A DNA stretch of 64,000 nt from an uncultured Bacteroides sp. (GTDB lineage: Bacteria; Bacteroidota; Bacteroidia; Bacteroidales; Bacteroidaceae), in contig NZ_CAXXOR010000005.1 of NCBI RefSeq assembly GCF_963678845.2, positions 251,567 through 315,566 on the forward strand, in the 5' to 3' direction. Made by a program: the position numbers and the translations under genes. A model generated the notes under the pieces. The model was not told the DNA's origin, ran no database searches, and was given only the letters and a program-made list of their open reading frames with translations. Below, piece by piece: positions 61,769 to 64,000 of this stretch. Within the stretch, counting starts at the first letter, position 1. Every line of letters begins with the position of its first letter.

Positions 61769-63061
61769 ATGGGATATTTATTCACATCCGAATCGGTGTC
61801 TGAAGGACACCCCGACAAAGTAGCCGATCAAATATCGGATGCTGTGCTTGATGAACTATTGGCTTACGATCCAAGTTCTAAAGTAGCTTGCGAAACTCTC
61901 GTTACCACCGGACAGGTAGTACTTGCGGGTGAAGTGAAATCTGAAGCGTATGTAGACCTACAAGAAGTTGCTCGTGGCGTAATCAACAAGATTGGTTATA
62001 CCAAAGGTGAGTATATGTTCGAAGGAAACTCATGCGGTGTATTTTCTGCCATTCACGAACAGTCTGCCGACATTAACCGTGGTGTAGAACGCGAGGACCC
62101 TATGAATCAGGGTGCCGGTGATCAGGGAATGATGTTTGGTTATGCAACCAACGAAACAGAAAATTACATGCCATTGTCTCTTGACCTTGCGCATAAAATA
62201 CTATACATTCTGGCTAAAATCAGAAGAGAAGGCAAGGTAATGACTTATCTTCGCCCGGATGCTAAAAGCCAGGTTACAATAGAATACGATGATAACGGAA
62301 AACCTGTGCGTATTGACACTATTGTAGTATCTACCCAGCACGATGATTTCGTTAAACCAGTTAATGAATCAGCAGAAGCTCAGTTAAAAGCTGACGAAGA
62401 GATGCTGGCTATCATCCGCGAAGATGTAATCAAAGTATTAATGCCTAGAGTATTTGCATCAATTCATAATAAAAAGATATTGGACCTATTCAACGGTGCT
62501 ATTACTTATCACGTTAATCCTACAGGAAAGTTCGTTATTGGCGGACCTCACGGAGATACAGGATTAACAGGACGTAAGATTATCGTTGATACTTATGGCG
62601 GTAAAGGTGCTCACGGTGGTGGTGCTTTTTCAGGAAAAGACCCTAGTAAAGTAGACCGTAGTGCAGCTTATGCAGCACGTCACATTGCAAAGAACCTTGT
62701 TGCTGCCGGAGTAGCTGACGAGATTCTTGTTCAGATATCTTATGCTATCGGTGTGGCTCGTCCTATCAACATCTATGTAGATACCTACAACCGCAGCAAT
62801 GTGAACATTACTGACGGTGAAATTGCAAAGAAAATTGATAAGATATTCGATCTTCGTCCAAAAGCTATTGAAGACCGCTTAAAGCTTCGTAATCCTATCT
62901 ATTCAGAAACTGCTGCTTACGGGCACATGGGACGTACTCCTAAGGTAGTTACCAAGAGCTTCCACTCACGTTATCTTGAAGATAAGACAGTGGAAGTTGA
63001 GCTATTTACTTGGGAAAAGCTTGATTACATTGATATAGTAAAAGAAGAATTCGGCTTGTAA
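61769..63061 (+). CDS. metK: S-adenosylmethionine synthetase
   Basis: [28 protein letters not shown]. Confidence 0.97.
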   Translation: MGYLFTSESVSEGHPDKVADQISDAVLDELLAYDPSSKVACETLVTTGQVVLAGEVKSEAYVDLQEVARGVINKIGYTKGEYMFEGNSCGVFSAIHEQSADINRGVEREDPMNQGAGDQGMMFGYATNETENYMPLSLDLAHKILYILAKIRREGKVMTYLRPDAKSQVTIEYDDNGKPVRIDTIVVSTQHDDFVKPVNESAEAQLKADEEMLAIIREDVIKVLMPRVFASIHNKKILDLFNGAITYHVNPTGKFVIGGPHGDTGLTGRKIIVDTYGGKGAHGGGAFSGKDPSKVDRSAAYAARHIAKNLVAAGVADEILVQISYAIGVARPINIYVDTYNRSNVNITDGEIAKKIDKIFDLRPKAIEDRLKLRNPIYSETAAYGHMGRTPKVVTKSFHSRYLEDKTVEVELFTWEKLDYIDIVKEEFGL

Positions 63062-63083
63062 TAGTCATTCTACCTACAAATAC

Positions 63084-63128
63084 AGAGCCTGTGCAGTTCC
63101 TTTAAAAGGGAATTGCACAGGCTCTTTT
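63084..63128 (+). terminator. Terminator after metK
   Basis: agagcctgtgcagttcc-tttaaaa-gggaattgcacaggctct-tttc. Confidence 0.85.
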
Positions 63129-63264
63129 CTTTTCTAAAAGTACCGCCCATTTCCAACTATAAAGTAATCTCCCCTCCTAAAGCAATACATAAATGTAGGA
63201 AATAACAAAACTACAAATGCCTCATATATCATTAAAACACTAATAATTAAGCAATTACATTTTA

Positions 63265-63280
63265 TGGCACGGCCTTTGTA
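63265..63280 (+). promoter_or_regulatory. Sigma54-type -24/-12 promoter upstream of mop-modE
   Basis: TGGCACG-gcct-TTGTA versus consensus TGGCACG-N4-TTGCW (one mismatch at -12). Confidence 0.6.
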
Positions 63281-63332
63281 TTCTTATTCTACAAATAGAT
63301 AAGGGTTAATACTCATTTAAACAAAGAAGAAG

Positions 63333-63539
63333 ATGATTCTAAGCGCAAGAAACACGATTAAAGGTAAGATTATAGAGATTGTTCCGGGCATTGTTACCGC
63401 AAAGGTTAAACTGGACATTGGTGGAGGTAATACAATTGTCTCGGTAATTACAGTAGACAGCGTGGGAGAACTTAATCTCAAAGTGGGAGATGAAGCATAC
63501 GCTATATTCAAATCCACCGAAGTTATGATTGGCATTTAA
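63333..63539 (+). CDS. mop: TOBE/Mop molybdate-binding protein (molbindin)
   Basis: LSARNTIKG.I...G.V...V......I.SVIT..S...L.L..G..A.AIFKS signature. Confidence 0.9.
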   Translation: MILSARNTIKGKIIEIVPGIVTAKVKLDIGGGNTIVSVITVDSVGELNLKVGDEAYAIFKSTEVMIGI

Positions 63540-63551
63540 TTTCATAGCCGC

Positions 63552-63905
63552 ATGGATCATTCAAAATTCTCAGTAGATGCCATTGTAACCATTTATAGGG
63601 ATAACGAAATTTTCATTGGCCCAAATCAGTATCGGCTATTGAAACAGATCTTAGCAGACGGGTCCATTAATGCAGCGGCAAAGAATTTGAAGATGTCTTA
63701 CCAGCATGCCTGGCATCTTATTGATAAGATAAACCGCCTTTCGCCTATTCCAGTAGTGATAAGGCAGAAGGGAGGGAAAGACGGAGGAGGTTGCAGTCTA
63801 AGTCCATACGGAATGCAAGTTCTTGAAAGCTATGCCATGCGGGAAATTGAAATTATTAAGTTACTAGAACAAACTAACAGCGAACTGGAAAGCTGTTTTT
63901 TTTAG
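63552..63905 (+). CDS. ModE-like winged-helix regulator (DNA-binding domain only)
   Basis: RLLKQI...GSINAAAK.L.MSYQHAW..I..IN......V....GG..GGG..L..YG. Confidence 0.85.
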   Translation: MDHSKFSVDAIVTIYRDNEIFIGPNQYRLLKQILADGSINAAAKNLKMSYQHAWHLIDKINRLSPIPVVIRQKGGKDGGGCSLSPYGMQVLESYAMREIEIIKLLEQTNSELESCFF

Positions 63906-63910
63906 AGAAG

Positions 63911-63974
63911 CGATATTCTTTAGGGTGGATATCGCTTCTCTTTAAGAAAGCGTTATTCTCTGTATTTGATAACG
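63911..63974. promoter_or_regulatory. Two tandem ModE-box-like operators
   Basis: CGATAT-N12-ATATCG (63911-34) and CGTTAT-N12-ATAACG (63951-74), 40 bp apart. Confidence 0.65.
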
Positions 63975-64000
63975 AATATTTAATTAAAAAGTTAGTATTA

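Noticed and set aside
63194-63293. Canonical NifA UAS (TGT-N10-ACA)
   Set aside because: Observed spacings are N8, N16 and N11, not N10, so NifA control is not claimed.

Overview
This is a chromosomal segment of a Bacteroides-like (Bacteroidales) bacterium, judged from gene content, synteny and TAnnTTTG sigma-A promoters. Most of it is housekeeping: rhomboid, HU, argS, topA, ispG, purE, gcvH, rpoN, cobB, buk/ptb, ribF, coaD, parE, ftsX, uppP, truB, queA, folK, metK and 3 tRNAs. The main accessory region is about 14.4-22.0 kb. It holds two tandem 194-bp palindromic units with a conserved core but different self-complementary arms. An intact-looking IS1111-type IS110 element (14856..16466) sits in one arm. 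Its 3' non-coding end shows bridge/seekRNA-like loops whose guides match the reconstructed target and the donor junction. Circularisation would also create a consensus Bacteroides promoter. Two hemicellulase genes follow, one a GH5-GH43 fusion with a T9SS-like tail. Other features absent from the ORF track are a rubredoxin gene, a SAM-II riboswitch before metK, and a sigma54-type promoter plus two ModE boxes around a split mop/modE pair at the right edge. An orphan NTF2-fold immunity lipoprotein gene is also present. All calls come from manual motif recognition and hand alignment; no database searches or folding programs were run.
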